Source: Octopus sinensis
Lineage: Eukaryota
Length of the DNA stretch: 64,000 nt
Assembly (NCBI RefSeq): GCF_006345805.1
Contig: NC_042999.1
Span: 70,494,001-70,558,000 of the forward strand
Direction: 5' to 3'
The notes under the pieces were generated by a model, which saw nothing but the letters and a program-made list of their open reading frames with translations, was not told the origin of the DNA and did not search any database. Position numbers and translations under genes: made by a program. This document shows, one piece after another, positions 51,158 to 64,000 of this stretch. Numbering within the stretch: position 1 is the stretch's first letter; each line of letters begins with the position of its first letter.

Positions 51158-51223
51158 GGAATCTATATTTGACACTTGTTGCATGTTTGCTTTGAGAACA
51201 GTCATAGTCACCAACAACAGTCG
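51158..51223 (+). other. Candidate exon (66 nt) with strong splice signals
   Basis: Long pyrimidine tract, CTAAC branch-like motif, AG at 51156-51157, donor TCG/GTAAGT; one open frame ESIFDTCCMFALRTVIVTNNS. Confidence 0.4.
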
Positions 51224-52368
51224 GTAAGTTTAAGTTTCTTATTGATGTTGCAGCCCTAATCCAGCGGACATATAATTGAAGAGATTCCAGCTGTGACCAT
51301 CTCACATTATTTTCAGATTGGTACTTAAAATCTCATTATCTAATGTGTCTGTCCTTCCTTTTTTTTTTTTTTTTTTGACTACAGTATGGTTTGATTTCAA
51401 AGTGATTTGGCTGTTACTCCTAGTATGTTGAGCAACCATATTCAATGTTCCTGGTAAACCTCCTAATTTTAGTTTCTTAGTTCAGTTTGTGGAGCATTTT
51501 TCTTCTTAAAGTTTGGCAGCAAATTTCCTAATTTCAATGAATTATAAAATTGTTTGGCAGAAATGCAACAGAACATAGTTTAATATTTTTGTATAATAGT
51601 AGAACTTCAGCATAAATGAATTATATACACACACATATATATACATATATATATATATATATCATCTTGACATCCACTTTTCCTGCTCACATGGGTCAGA
51701 AAATCTGCCCCAATTTGTTGGGGCAGATTTTCTACTGCCAGATGCCCTTCCTGTCACCATCCCTCACCTGTTTCCAAATAAGGTAATATTTCCCTATCAC
51801 CAGACATATTCTCACAGGAAATTGGGGAAAAGGGACACTGCTAACATAACAGTGACACTCATGTGTGACCATTGTGTGATGCTCAAGCAAGAAACCAATA
51901 ACACACACACGCACACGTATGCACACACACACACACGCAACACACACACATATATATATATCTACATATATATATATATATATGATGAGCTTCTTTCAGT
52001 TTGCATCTACCAAATCCACTCATTAGATTTTGGTCAGCCCAGGGCAAGAGCAGAAGACACTTGCCCAAGGTACCACAGTGAGACTGAACCTGAAACTACA
52101 CGGCTAGGAAACAAGCTTCTTTACCGCTCAGTCACACATGTGCCTACACACACCATGTTCCTGCATCTTATAAGAGGCAACTGAAGGTGCTAGGAAGCTA
52201 GCAATTGGAAGGGCTTTTTCCATAAAACACCATGGCCTCAGAAAAACTATCTCATCCATGCCAGCATGGAAAAGCAAATGTAAAACACTGCTGCTGTGAC
52301 TGCAGATGATATGTATATTTGTGTGTGTATAGGGGAAATAAACATCAGAGATGCTTTTTCCTATGCAG

Positions 52369-52435
52369 AAACTGCATGAGGTTTTGCAAGCGCTGAATCC
52401 ATTGCAATGTTGGAACCCTTCTGTATCACCAGCAG
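52369..52435 (+). other. Candidate exon (67 nt)
   Basis: Acceptor GCTTTTTCCTATGCAG, donor CAG/GTATCT. Confidence 0.3.
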
Positions 52436-53258
52436 GTATCTGAAACTCACAAATGTTTCGGCCTTTAACCTGTATGCTTACCCTAAGTGGCACAGTGAGG
52501 ACTGAATTACTCATGATCTGTGGATGGGTTCGACTTACAGTCTCAATCAATCATAGTCATATATATTTATGTATGTATATGTGTATGTGGGTGCATTTAT
52601 TTTCTAAATTCTTTGAAATCATAAAAAAAAAAATGACTGCTTTCTAAGTAAAACACAAAACTCTATTGTTGGACTTTAGATATCAGCAATGGGATAGAGT
52701 TACATGATAAACTTTACAGAAGCCTTGAATATTTTCACTCTTCCACTTACAGACAGAATTTGCTGAATATGTTAAATGTGTTGTCTTTCATTTCTTAAAA
52801 ACCTAAATATTTAAAAAACTTTTGATTTCCCTTTCAGTACCATAACAAAGTATATGATTACAAATGCATGTAAATCTATGTCTGGATAGTGTTAAAAGTT
52901 TTTGAAACAATTGCTCAATATTTATATGCTATTATTTATAGATTTATGTGAGCTTTGAGATTCACTGTTCCAAAACAACTACTGTTTCATGTTCTCCAAA
53001 AAAGTGTATAAAAATTATTATGATGTTAACGTATATGTATATATATATTTATATGTACATACATACATGCATACACACACATTCACACATACATACATAC
53101 AGACAGACCAACATATAAATAGATAGATAGATACATGCATACATACATATATTCAAATATATATACACATATATATTCATATTTATATACTTACATACTT
53201 ATATATATATGTACATATACATATATGTGTATATGCATGTATTATACATACATAACAC

Positions 53259-53370
<112 letters not shown>

Positions 53371-53484
53371 GTGTATGCATGTATTATACATACATATACA
53401 CATGTATATATATATGTACGCATGTATGTATTCATAAAAAAATAAACACACACAGAAACATACACACAAACACACATGCACATA

Positions 53485-53528
<44 letters not shown>

Positions 53529-53603
53529 TGAATATATTGGAATTCACATGATGGGAAATGTTATAGTTTTGTGCCACGTGTTTCTTTTAGCATTCTTTTC
53601 CAG

Positions 53604-53730
53604 TACTTATTCCTTCCTCCAAAACCACCAACACAGAAATTCTTCTGCTTTCGTCAAGTTGCTGATGCTGCCACAGGAATCAGCTCACACCACCCTCAGC
53701 ACGAAAAAAAATAAAATATGTTCCTTTTAA
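53604..53730 (+). other. Candidate terminal exon
   Basis: Acceptor TTCTTTTCCAG; AATAAA at ~53710-53715. Confidence 0.25.
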
Positions 53731-54553
53731 AAACATGTTACTTTTGTTGTTGTTGTTGTTGTTGTTGTTTAGACTCCAGTCAAACATGATCAAGCAAATC
53801 TCCGATCAGAGGTGTGCCAGCTGTGACCATCACATTTCTCTCTCTCTCCCTTTTTGTTTTTTGTTTTTTTCTAAATTTTTGTTTACATGTATAACGTATA
53901 TCTAGTGCATGACGAAAAGTATTCTAGCTATAATCATTTATAGATTTCTCAGATTACATTATAACTAAATTTTTCCTTAACTAAATTGTACTTTTAGGGA
54001 TGTTTGGCTGTTATTTCTAGTAAGTCATGCAACCACAGTGAGTTCATTTCAATGGTGTGTTTGTCCTAGTAGTGGTAATTTCCTGCATAAGTCTTTAGTG
54101 AATCATATTGCTATATATCTATTTCAAGAGAATGAGAAGTAAGCCGATGTACATTCATCCTTCTGTGACCAAGTCACATTTGTAAGCAGTTTTTGCAAAA
54201 TGCCTGACTATAAAAATCATATTAAGTAGAACTGGTAGAATGTCAGACAAAATGCCTTGTAATATTTAGTTACAAACCCCTGACATCCTGAGTTCAAATT
54301 TTGCAAAGGTTTGACTTTACTTTTCAACTAACACTCTCTTCCAAATTTTTGGTCTTCTAACCATAATAGAGATGGTTATTATTGGCAGAATCAGTAGTAA
54401 ATCAATCAAAATGTCCTACAGTATTTAAATATGCAACTCTACAATCTGGCTTCACATCCACTGGGCTCTCTTTACCTTTCCTCTTATAGTTGATGAAATA
54501 AGTATCAACCAACCAAATACACACATACATTCACACATGCGCACAAAGTGTCT

Positions 54554-56827
54554 GAGATTGCAAGACAGTGTGTGAGAGAAAATTATGATGTCAGGAGAGA
54601 AATGTGTCTGCATGGATGATGGTGCACCTGCATTTAATGATTCTACAGAGAAAGAGGCTTGGAAATGCCATTATGAAAGACTGCTGAATGTGGAAAATGA
54701 ATGGGAGAAGAAGAGTCTACCAAATGTTGACCCATCTGAGGGACCAGCTATCCAAATTGCCAGCACCCTGGTAAATAAATCAATTAAGGATATGAAGACA
54801 GGGAAAGCCCCCCCAACCCATCACTGCTGAGATCCTTAAAATATCTGGCAGTGTGGGTTAGGGTTTAATCACCCATATTGTAAATCAGGTGGTTCACAAA
54901 GGAATCATACCCAATGACTGGTGTAGCAGCAACATAGTTAACTGCTACAAGGGTAAAGGTGGTGCCTTAGAAATAATTACAGAGGTATCAAATTGTTGGG
55001 TCAGGTGATGAAAATTACAGAGAGAGTCATAGCCCAACTAATTAGGGAAAGAGTTAGTCTAGATGAGATGCAGTTTGGTTTTGTGCCAGAGAGAAGCACC
55101 ACTGGTGCTATGTTTTTGGTAAGGCAGCTGCAGGAGAAATATCTAGCCAAAGATAAACCTCTGTACTTGGCTTTTGTTGACTTGGAGAAAGCCTTTGACA
55201 GGGTCCCTTGATCCCTTATCTAGTGGTCAATGCAGAAACTAGGGATAGACAAGTGGTTGGTGAGAGCTGTACAAGCCATGTACAGAGACATTATCAGTAA
55301 GGTGAGGGTTGGCAATGAGTACAGCAAAGAATTCAGGGTACAAGTGGGGGTCCATCAAGGATCGGTCCTCAGCCCCCACTTGTTCATCATAGTCCTCCAG
55401 GAAATAACAGAGCAATTTAAGACAGGCTGCCCCTGGGAGCTCATCTAAGCTGATGACCTTGCTCTTATAGCTGAATGACTACCAGAACTAGAGAAGAAGT
55501 TCCAGGTATGGAAGCAAGGTCTAGAATTGGAGAGCCTTAGAGTTAACCTAGCAAAAACCAGTCTTAGTTAGTAGGAAGGCAGATAAATCACAAATCCCTT
55601 CAGGTAGATGGCCTTGCTCGATCTGTAGAAAAGGCATAGGTAAAAACTCCATTGGATGTACCCAGTGTAAGCTATGGACACATAAAAGGTGCAGCAATAT
55701 CAGTGGAAGTTTAACTGGGAAAATAACTTTTGTATGTAGAAGATGCATGAGTAAAATAAACACCAAAAATGTACAGAAAATAGAGCCCATCAACTGCCAG
55801 AGGAGTGAGCTAGAGGTTGTAGGTAGCTTCTGTTATCCAGGTGACCAAGTTAGTAGGGAGGTGGATGCTCGAAGAGAGCAGCTGTGAGAATAAGTTTAGG
55901 CTGGGTAAAATTTGGAGTGCTCCTACCTCTACTGGCAACAAAGGCTTCTCTCTCAGAGTGAAAGGCAGATTGTATGATGCCTGTGTGTGAACAGCTATGC
56001 TACGTGGCAGTGAAACATGGGTTGTGACAGCTGAGGATATGCATAGGCTTGAAAGACATGAAGCCAGTATGCTTCTCTGATGTGCAATGTGAGTGTGCAT
56101 GTTTGATAGAGTGTAAGCATCTTGAGAGAAAAGTTTGGCATAAGAGGCATTAAATGTGGTATGCAAGAGAGAAGACTGTGCTGGTATGGTTATGTGATGT
56201 ATATGCATGGCTGTGTAAAGAAGTGCCAATCTCTAACTGTGGAGGGAAGCCATGGTAGAGGTAGACCCAGGAAGACATGGGACGAGTTGGTGAAGCATAA
56301 TCTTTGACCTTTAGGCCCCACAGCGGCAATGTCTAGTGACTGAGGATATGCAGTGCTTGAGAAGACCCATCAAGCCAAGGGAAATCATAATTGTGGCTGA
56401 TGCTGGTGGCATGGGTGCTAGTTATAAAGAGCACCTTTCAAGCATTGAGCCTCATGGAGGTAAAGTGGCTGAGCTCCCTTCCAGCACTGGACCTCACAGA
56501 GGCTAAGTGGCTGAGCTCCTTTTGCGTGTTGGGCTTCACGGTGGCAATGACTGAGACCTTTGGCATTATGTCATGCTTGAGAAGATAACCCATCAAGCTG
56601 AGCAAAATTGCAGTTGTGGCAGATACCGGTATCACGCAACTTACACCTGTGCTAGTGGCATAAAAGCACCCATTACACTCTCGGAGTGGTTGGCATTAGT
56701 AAGGTCATTCAGTCGTAGAAACTATGCCAAATCAGACTGGAGTCTAGTGCAGTCTTCCAGCTTGCCAGCCTTGGTCAAACTGTCCAACTCAAGTTGCATG
56801 GTCAATGGACCTTAAATGATGATGATG

Positions 56828-56829
<2 letters not shown>
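54554..56829 (+). mobile_element. 5'-truncated RTE LINE with whole RT region, PHD-type insert, 3' UTR and GAT tail; multiple stops and frameshifts
   Basis: ORFs 54585-54830, 54993-55211, 55230-55448 and 56122-56307 are consecutive RTE segments (QFGFVP..STTGAMFLVRQLQEKY, VDLEKAFDRVP, GVHQGSVLSP, GRGRPRKTWDELV). Confidence 0.95.
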
Positions 56830-56858
<29 letters not shown>

Positions 56859-56877
56859 TATACACACATAGATAGAT

Positions 56878-57400
56878 AGACCCAGGAAGACATGAGGAAG
56901 TGGTGAAAAAGGATCTACAGATATTGGGACCCACAGAGAGGAAGACAAGGGATCAAAATTCCTGACAGTTTGCTGTACTTGAAAAGACAAGTCAAGCTAA
57001 GTAAAAGCATCGTCGTCCTTGCATACAGACTGTCCCCTGCATCCCTCTCCAGCTGAACATTCCTAACCTTGCAGATTCATGGGTGCTAGTGTCTTGTAAA
57101 AAGCACTTGTACCAGTGCCATATAACTGCACTTATGCCAGTGCTGCATAAAAGCACATGGTACACTCTGTGAAGTGGTTGGCATTAGATATCTAAGGTTA
57201 CAAGAACAAACCTGAGTCAAATTGAATAATAATGGTTTCAAATTTTTGCACAAGGCCAGCTGTAGAGACCATGCCAAAAGAGACATGGAACCTGGGCAGC
57301 TCCTGTCAAACCGTCCAACCCATGCCAGCATGGAAAACAAGATGTTAAATGATGATGATGATAGTGGTGGTGGTGGTGGTGGTGATGATGATGATGATGA
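56878..57400 (+). mobile_element. Second RTE 3' fragment (different subfamily) directly behind the first
   Basis: AGACCCAGGAAGACATGAGGAAGTGGTGAAAAAGGATC (RPRKT.EEVVKKD) through the UTR to the GAT tail; carries a 72-bp foreign insert at 57187-57258. Confidence 0.85.
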
Positions 57401-58099
57401 TAAGGAGGAGGAGGATATCAGTGTATGTATATATGAGTGTGAGTGTGTGTCTGGGTAAAACAGTGAGAAACATGAATAGCTGGTGATTTTTAAACAAAGC
57501 TCTTTGTTATATTTGCTCTACTGTGAGTAACAGATACTCCTTTGTCATCTTTGCCAACTGAAATACTGTGAATAAAGTATGATTGACCCATGGGAAATCA
57601 GTAATCAGTGACACTACTTTTCACCAACTGCAATATAAAATACAAATAAGTAGGTACCGAGGTTGACTGTATCAACTGTTTTCACTGAATAAATTCTTGG
57701 CCTGGCAAAATTGTTAGAGTATCACAAAAAATGTTGTGTAGTTTTGTTCTAGCTATTTGCATTCTCAGTTGAAATCCCACCAAGGTCAACTTTGGTTTTC
57801 ATTCTTTCATCAGTAAAATAAAGCACCAGCCAAGTACTGGGGCAAGTCATGTTGACCATCTCCCCTCCACCTCTCAAAATGCTAACCCCTTCATTCCTCA
57901 AAATTGCTAACCTCGTGTGTCAGACAAAATGCTTAGCAGCCTTTCTTCCAATTACATGTTCTGAGTTCAAAGGCTGCTGGGATTGGCTTTGCTTTTCATC
58001 CTTTCGGGGTTGATAAAATAAGTACCAGTTGAGCAATGGTTGATGTGACTAACTTACCCCTTCTGAAATCGTTGGCCTTGTGTGAAAATTTGAAACCAT

Positions 58100-58960
58100 T
58101 ATTATTCAATTTGACTCAGGTTTGTTCTTATTCTTGGTAGATTTTATGTGGGTAGTGGGTTACTACTTGTAACCTTAGATATCCACAAGCTTTCAATAAT
58201 CTTTCAAGTGCTCAAAACCCTCTGATAATCTTTCTTGACCCTAATAGGCAAACTTTCTGTAGAAGTTTACAGGACACTCGATTCCAATCTCCTCCAACCA
58301 TTTGTCTATATCATTATTCATAATTCCTAATGCAACAATTATTTCAGGCACACTCTTTAGAGTTTTCATACTCCAAAGTCTCACAATTTCAAATTTTAAG
58401 GGATTGTATTTTTATAATTTTTCATCTTCTTTCTTTACAATCCTGGAATCAAACAGACATGATGGATCAATTAGTAAAGAACTTGTTTTTTTCATGTCTA
58501 TTACTGTTATGTTTCGTTTAATATTTTCTTATCCATTTGAATAGGAAAGTTCCATAAAACTTGCATTTCTTCAGCTCAAGCACTCTTTCAACTGAGTGAT
58601 CATACCATGTGATTCCAGCTTCAAACCACCATTTTTGACAAAGCTTCCAGTGCAAAACTTTCACAACTTTGTCATGCCCCCACTTCTTATATTTATTCTG
58701 AGCCAAGTTTAGACATTCTGCAACAATGTTTGCCATAGCTGCAATAATAAGATTTTCTGTTCCTTCTTTTAATTGCCCTTTTTTCAACCAAGCCAGGTTT
58801 TTCTTCAACATACATTCTCAGTGACTTCTCAAAACCGATTATGCAAAGCTTTCAATCTGTTTAACATACATTTGTTGTCCTTTTCTCCTATTTCTTACTT
58901 GATCACCTCTTCTTTATTCACTGCCTTTAGTAATTTCTTTGTGTTGCTCTGTAAATATTC
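58100..58960 (-). mobile_element. R4/Dong-like LINE 3' fragment (RLE domain), decayed
   Basis: ORF 58518-58811 WLKKGQLKEGTENLIIAA...AECLNLAQNKYKKWGHDKVVKVLHWKLCQKW; downstream remnants of the PD-(D/E)xK region; (AAT)n tail at ~58097-58107. Confidence 0.8.
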
Positions 58961-59256
58961 TATTATTATTATTACTATCATTTTTATTATTATCATCATC
59001 ATCATCTTATTCTTATTAAAACAGCAAGCTGGCAGAATCTATCATTGCATTCGGAGCTCAAATTCCATCTTTATGTTCTGAGCTCAAATTCCATCAACGT
59101 CAACTCTATCTTTCTTCCTTTCTGAGTTGATAAAATAAGTAACAATCAAGCACTGGGGTCGATGTAATTGACTAGCTCCCTTCCACAAAATTTCAGGCTT
59201 TGAGCCTTTAGTAGAAAGGATTACCATCATCATTATTATTATTATTATTATTATTC

Positions 59257-59900
59257 AGTAGTCTTATTTTTATCATGTGCTTTCACTGCACTACTCAGCA
59301 CAGCTCTCTGTACCTTGGGTATGTGCTGTGGTGCTCTTATTTTCACTGTATTGAAAGCGTTTTATGTAGAATGTGTGCGGTGCCAAGTAGTGCTATTTTC
59401 TGTATGCTATATATACTTGTAAATCCTGGTGTTTTTGTTATGCATTTGTCTGGATGTTTTTTATCATCCCTAATGCACCTATTATGATAGGAACTGTTTC
59501 TGTTTTTAGGCTCCACATTCTAGTTACCCTTGTTTCTAGACCTTTCTAGTTTGAAAGTTTCTCCATTTCTTTTAGAGAAACGTTGTCATCTGTTGGTATT
59601 GATACATCGATTATAAAGCATTTTTTTTCTTGGTGATCTCTGACAACTATATGACCTATTGGCCTTGATTTTTCTATGTGTGCATTGGTATATCCAAGAG
59701 TATGGCTGCTTTCTCATTTTCTGTGACCTTTTCTAGGGTGTGCCTACACCAGTCTTTTTTCTGTTGTTATTCCATAGTCTTGGCATAGCTTTCAGTGTAT
59801 ATAGGTCCCAACTCTGTCATATTTGTACAATTTTTACATATTACAATATTACAAGTACTTTTAAGTTTTATAACAATCTTCTGATAAATGTTTGGGCAAA
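59257..59900 (-). mobile_element. R4/Dong-like LINE 3' fragment, second subfamily
   Basis: Minus strand encodes CFIIDVSIPTDDNVSL.....ETVPIIIGALG...AYRK*HYLAPHTFY-type RLE-region remnants; (AAT)n tail at 59230-59256. Confidence 0.8.
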
Positions 59901-61195
59901 CATGAAAATTCAGAAATAACTGCAGTTTCAAAATGAGCAATAGATGTGCTTGACAGAATCTCCCTTTCTCACCTCTTCTGTAGTCACCATAAAAATTTAC
60001 GGGTATCTGGAAGTGGGGCACATTACTTGATGCTTGGCCTATGGAAAAAATAACTTGCTAAATCTCCCTCAAATCGCTTCTTAACATTTTAAAAATGAAG
60101 AGCATACTAGATGATATAATTCTAAATGCATCAGAATTGAAAACAAGATTGAAATGTTTTTGATCAGAACTCTACTCAGACAGAATGACCTGAGGCTAAA
60201 AAACAACAATCAATCAAATATAGACTACATACTGGAGCAAAACCATGTCCAAACTGTAATACTGCACTCTAAATTATTAACCACTATATCTGCAATATGG
60301 TCCTCTGATAAGTGGAAGCATATCTGGAATGGTTTGTATGATCAGTTATGCTGCTCTGGGTTGATCAGAACTAAACCAGTGCTTTTCAACACTTCTAAAA
60401 ATAACAACAACAATATAAAACTATCTGCAGTATTGCATTGCAGTGAAGATTAGACAGGTTAAGTCAAGTCAGTTAATATTGTCATTAATATGGCAATCTA
60501 TATTGACAATTAATATATTCTGCCTCTGCTGGTAATTAGTGTATGCACTCTATTTTTAGTGAGGTTATATGCTCATCTGAGTTTCTATGAAGATTCAAAT
60601 CCTTCAAAGGTTGACTTGGACTTTTGTTCTTTTGGAGTTTTTCAAGATGTAACTTTAAACCAACTTCGCCCATACCTTACAATGTTATTCTTATGTCTTA
60701 GTAAGAAGCCAATAGGTTTTAGGATGTTATATCTATCATTTGGTTCACATCAACATCCAATTAATACCAACTTTACTATCTGTACTGATGCTGCTATCAG
60801 ATATAAATCAACTGATTTAGTCAGCAAATAGTTTCAGTAGTTGTGTTATTTGATGATGACTTGAACTTTATTATGGTAACGTTTGCAACATTCTAAAAAC
60901 ATAATGGTTTGGCTGAACAAATTGAATGCTTTGTGATATTTGTTCTAACTCTCTATATTCTGAGTTCAACTTTACCTTTCATCATTTAGGGGTTGTTAGG
61001 GGTTGATAAATGAAGTACAACTCCAGGTCTAGGTATGATTCTTCTTTCCATGGATTCTACAAGCATTTCAAAGATCCAGCCTTGTACCATTTTATTATAT
61101 TTTACTTGTTGGGTCAAGAGGAAAGAGCAGTACCCATGGCCATTTCAGACCCTCCAAGAGCCATGAGATCAAGGCTTCTAATGTTCCTCTATACA

Positions 61196-61500
61196 AGTGA
61201 TTCTCAAACTTTTTTTTATGTAGAGACCCCTTTCATTACTATTTTATTCTGGTGGCCCACCATAGCCATTCAATGTTTAAAAATTAATTTTATAGATACT
61301 TTCAAAATTCCTATTTTGCTTTTCATACTTGTGGAGGTAGAATTATGTAAAATTATGGAGAAAGAAATTTAGTTGTTTCTTGTAATAAATACATCTGAAG
61401 TAAAATGTTTTCATGAAATCTTAACATACTACTGTGAGTCCCCAATTTACTATTTTGTTTACATGGACCCCACTAAAATCTTATATAGACCCCCCACCCC
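61196..61500 (+). mobile_element. Probable hAT-type MITE relic
   Basis: Starts CAAGTGATTCTCAAACTTTTTTT...GACCCC, like CAGTGGTTCTCAAAC hAT/Charlie ends; similar starts at ~8068 and ~36654; other hAT-MITE-like relics at ~16377-16535 and ~28725-28890. Confidence 0.4.
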
Positions 61501-64000
61501 ACCCATCTATACCAAAACCTGCAGGAAAGATACAAGCAAAGAGGGAATTCAAGTAAATCAATATTCTGGCAAAGACAAGATGTTGTAGTTAGTGTAGGAC
61601 CTGGAAGGGTATTGGATGCAACAAAGGTAATGAGAGGAGATGGTGGCGGGACGAGAATACCTGAGTGGAGGAGGTATAAGTCCAGCCAGCTTTGAGGAGA
61701 AGTCATTATAATAGCAATAGAATAAGCAGAGTGAAATGACAGCATACTTATGATAGAGCATGGGTGATTTTATGCCAATCATTCAGGAGACCTTTTTCTG
61801 CATAAAGTATAGTACGAGTGCATGAGTACAGCAACACATTCAGCCTGAGAATTGTATTAAGGGTATATGTGTCTGCAGAATACTCTGTCATTTGCATATT
61901 CACTTTCTGAATACAAATACAGTTGATCAAATAACTGAAAGCTCCTTGTTGATACTAACAAAAAACCTACCATTTGTGTCAGAAGACAATTGTAACATTT
62001 TGCAAGTTAGTTCAAACTCAATGAGCAACCTCATAATAGCTAAGAAATCCTACTCAAACATAATAAGCTGTCACTCTCACACACTTGCTAGTTGTCTTCC
62101 TTTTTCCTTAGTATTCATATCAGAAAGTGCAACTCACTTGCAGAGGCACATAGGCTGTTTGAGAGAATCTTCCAAGAAGATTGCTGTTTATAAAAATTTT
62201 TTGGATATGTTTGTCTTCCATCTATTGATTGTGTCCAAGACACTACAGATTAAGATGTAAGTTGAAAAAAGGTGGATTGAACCATAAATGTTTTTACTAT
62301 GGCAAAATAATTCAGCATATTTAGCAGAGCTCAGAGAGATTACTGGGTCACTGACACTCCTATTGTCTAATATGCCTTTTTTTTTCCCCTGAAAGCAAAA
62401 CTTTTCCTTGTTTTGTGTGAAGATGGTAGCCAGGATAATTTTTTTACCATATTGATCATCCTTATCACATGATAGTTTTTCTAGGCATACCAACTCATAT
62501 TGTTTTTTTTTCAGATTGCACATGCGTTGAATAGTCCAAAGCTAACCCTGTATATATATGTACATACATATATATACATATACACACACGTGTGTGTGTG
62601 TTAAATATAATAGGCAGCCTTCGGTTTCCATCTACCAAATCCACACACAAGGATTTGGTTAGCCAAGGGCTATAGTAGAAAACAATTACCAAGGCAGCAT
62701 GCAGTGTGATTGAACCCAAGACCACATGGTTGGGAAGCAAGTTTCTTTACCCACACAGCATGATATATATAGTGCCACATAAAAAGCAACAAGTACACCA
62801 TGTAAAGTAGTTGGTGTTTGGAAGGACATCTAGCCATAGAAATCATGCCAAAACAAACAACAGAACCTGGTGCTTGCCAGCTGTTTGTCAAACCATCCAA
62901 CTCATGCCAACATGGAAGATGGACATTAAAACATTAAATGATGATGATGATGTATATTCATGTTTTGTGTCTGCTAGTTTTGTTTTTTAAATTATTTTAT
63001 GTGTACAATGTGAAAATGGTTGACCTGCACCTTTCTGATATGACCAATATAATGCATAAGTGTGCTAGATCTTGCATGAATCAAATTACTTATAGCGTGA
63101 ATCACATAGAAATAATCTCGTTGTCTTAACTGAATTTCACCTTTACAAAAAATGTTTCTATCAGCATGAAGAATATTGGGATCTTTGTGGTCTTCATCAC
63201 TGTTTACAATTCTGTTCCAAATGTTTTCAAATTTGGTAACTGGATTAAGTTTTGTATACTAATTATGAAAATGAAAATCATTTTTTCTATAAATTCATAA
63301 TTAAAAAGTTATTAGCCTTTAAAATTTGCAAAATTTGGGTATTTTAGCCAATTGGAAGTATTTTACATATTACCATGGCAAAAAATTGTTTCCATAGTAA
63401 CCAAAGATGCTGTGCATGTACAGGAGGAGAAGGAGATATGAGGAAGATAATGTATTTTATAAAATCCTAGAGTGTATAGCAGACTTTTGTTCTTGAATTT
63501 TTTAAACTAATAAATGTCTGTTTTAAGCAATGTTTGACTGTTATTTCTAGTAACTCCTGTTGGTTTGTTTGTTCATAGCTTTTAAATATTTAATTTGCTC
63601 GCAAATGTTTTAATGTTAACTTTGCTTGTGTATATTTCAATGTTTTGACTGTTATTTCTAGCAATGTTTTGACATTGCTGTGTTACCTTGGAGGTCAGGT
63701 CTTCTTTCAGCATTGTGCCAATGTCATGGTCATTTTTCATCTCTTCTGAGTGGGTCATCATCTTAAGAGAAGTTTAAGTTTTTACTATGTTGCCATATGT
63801 CTCCCTGAGTTTCTTACTTCTAGTTCCATTAACCATGAGTGCATGACATTTCTACAATTTTAATCACTAACACAATCTTCCCTTTGGTGCACAACTGATT
63901 TCTCTGACATTATTTTTTTTTCTCTAAGCTCGTTTGTACTCCATCATTTGTACACACTAATATTACACATTAAGTGGAACATCATTGTTCACTTCATTTC

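Noticed and set aside
52128-52550. 140-aa minus-strand ORF
   Set aside because: Runs across an RTE-type UTR and a CA tract; no homology recognised.
61373-61782. Overlapping 70-90-aa ORFs on both strands
   Set aside because: No recognisable motifs; partly within a hAT-MITE-like relic; lengths expected by chance.

Overview
Repeat-dominated, AT-rich animal genomic DNA. The SINE/LINE repertoire and huge TA/CA/TACA microsatellite arrays point to an octopus (inference from recognised repeat families). No host protein-coding gene can be identified; almost all ORFs in the track are microsatellite translations. Supported content: several RTE-clade LINE pieces with (GAT)n tails and many free copies of their 3' UTR; R4/Dong-like LINE remnants with (AAT)n tails; at least three kinds of Penelope-like element (PLE) remnants; DD34D mariner and DD37D (maT) transposons; tRNA-derived CORE-like and Meta-like SINEs; and probable Helitron and hAT MITE relics. 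Highlights: (1) a 1.08-kb PLE piece with an intact GIY-YIG ORF and a foldable type I hammerhead ribozyme (33121-34196, minus); (2) two RTE halves at 2761-3793 (+) and 43379-44946 (-) that join almost exactly, suggesting a ~41-kb inversion through one element; (3) repeated short inverted copies of local sequence spanning ~0.9-1.0 kb (16929/17819, 42415/43111, 57187/58073); (4) a PHD-type zinc finger inside the RTE reverse transcriptase; (5) a CpG-retaining promoter-like patch at ~48.5 kb with downstream exon-like cassettes, one of which sits inside a repeat. Repeat boundaries are approximate (about 10-20 bp) unless stated. All alignments were done by eye.
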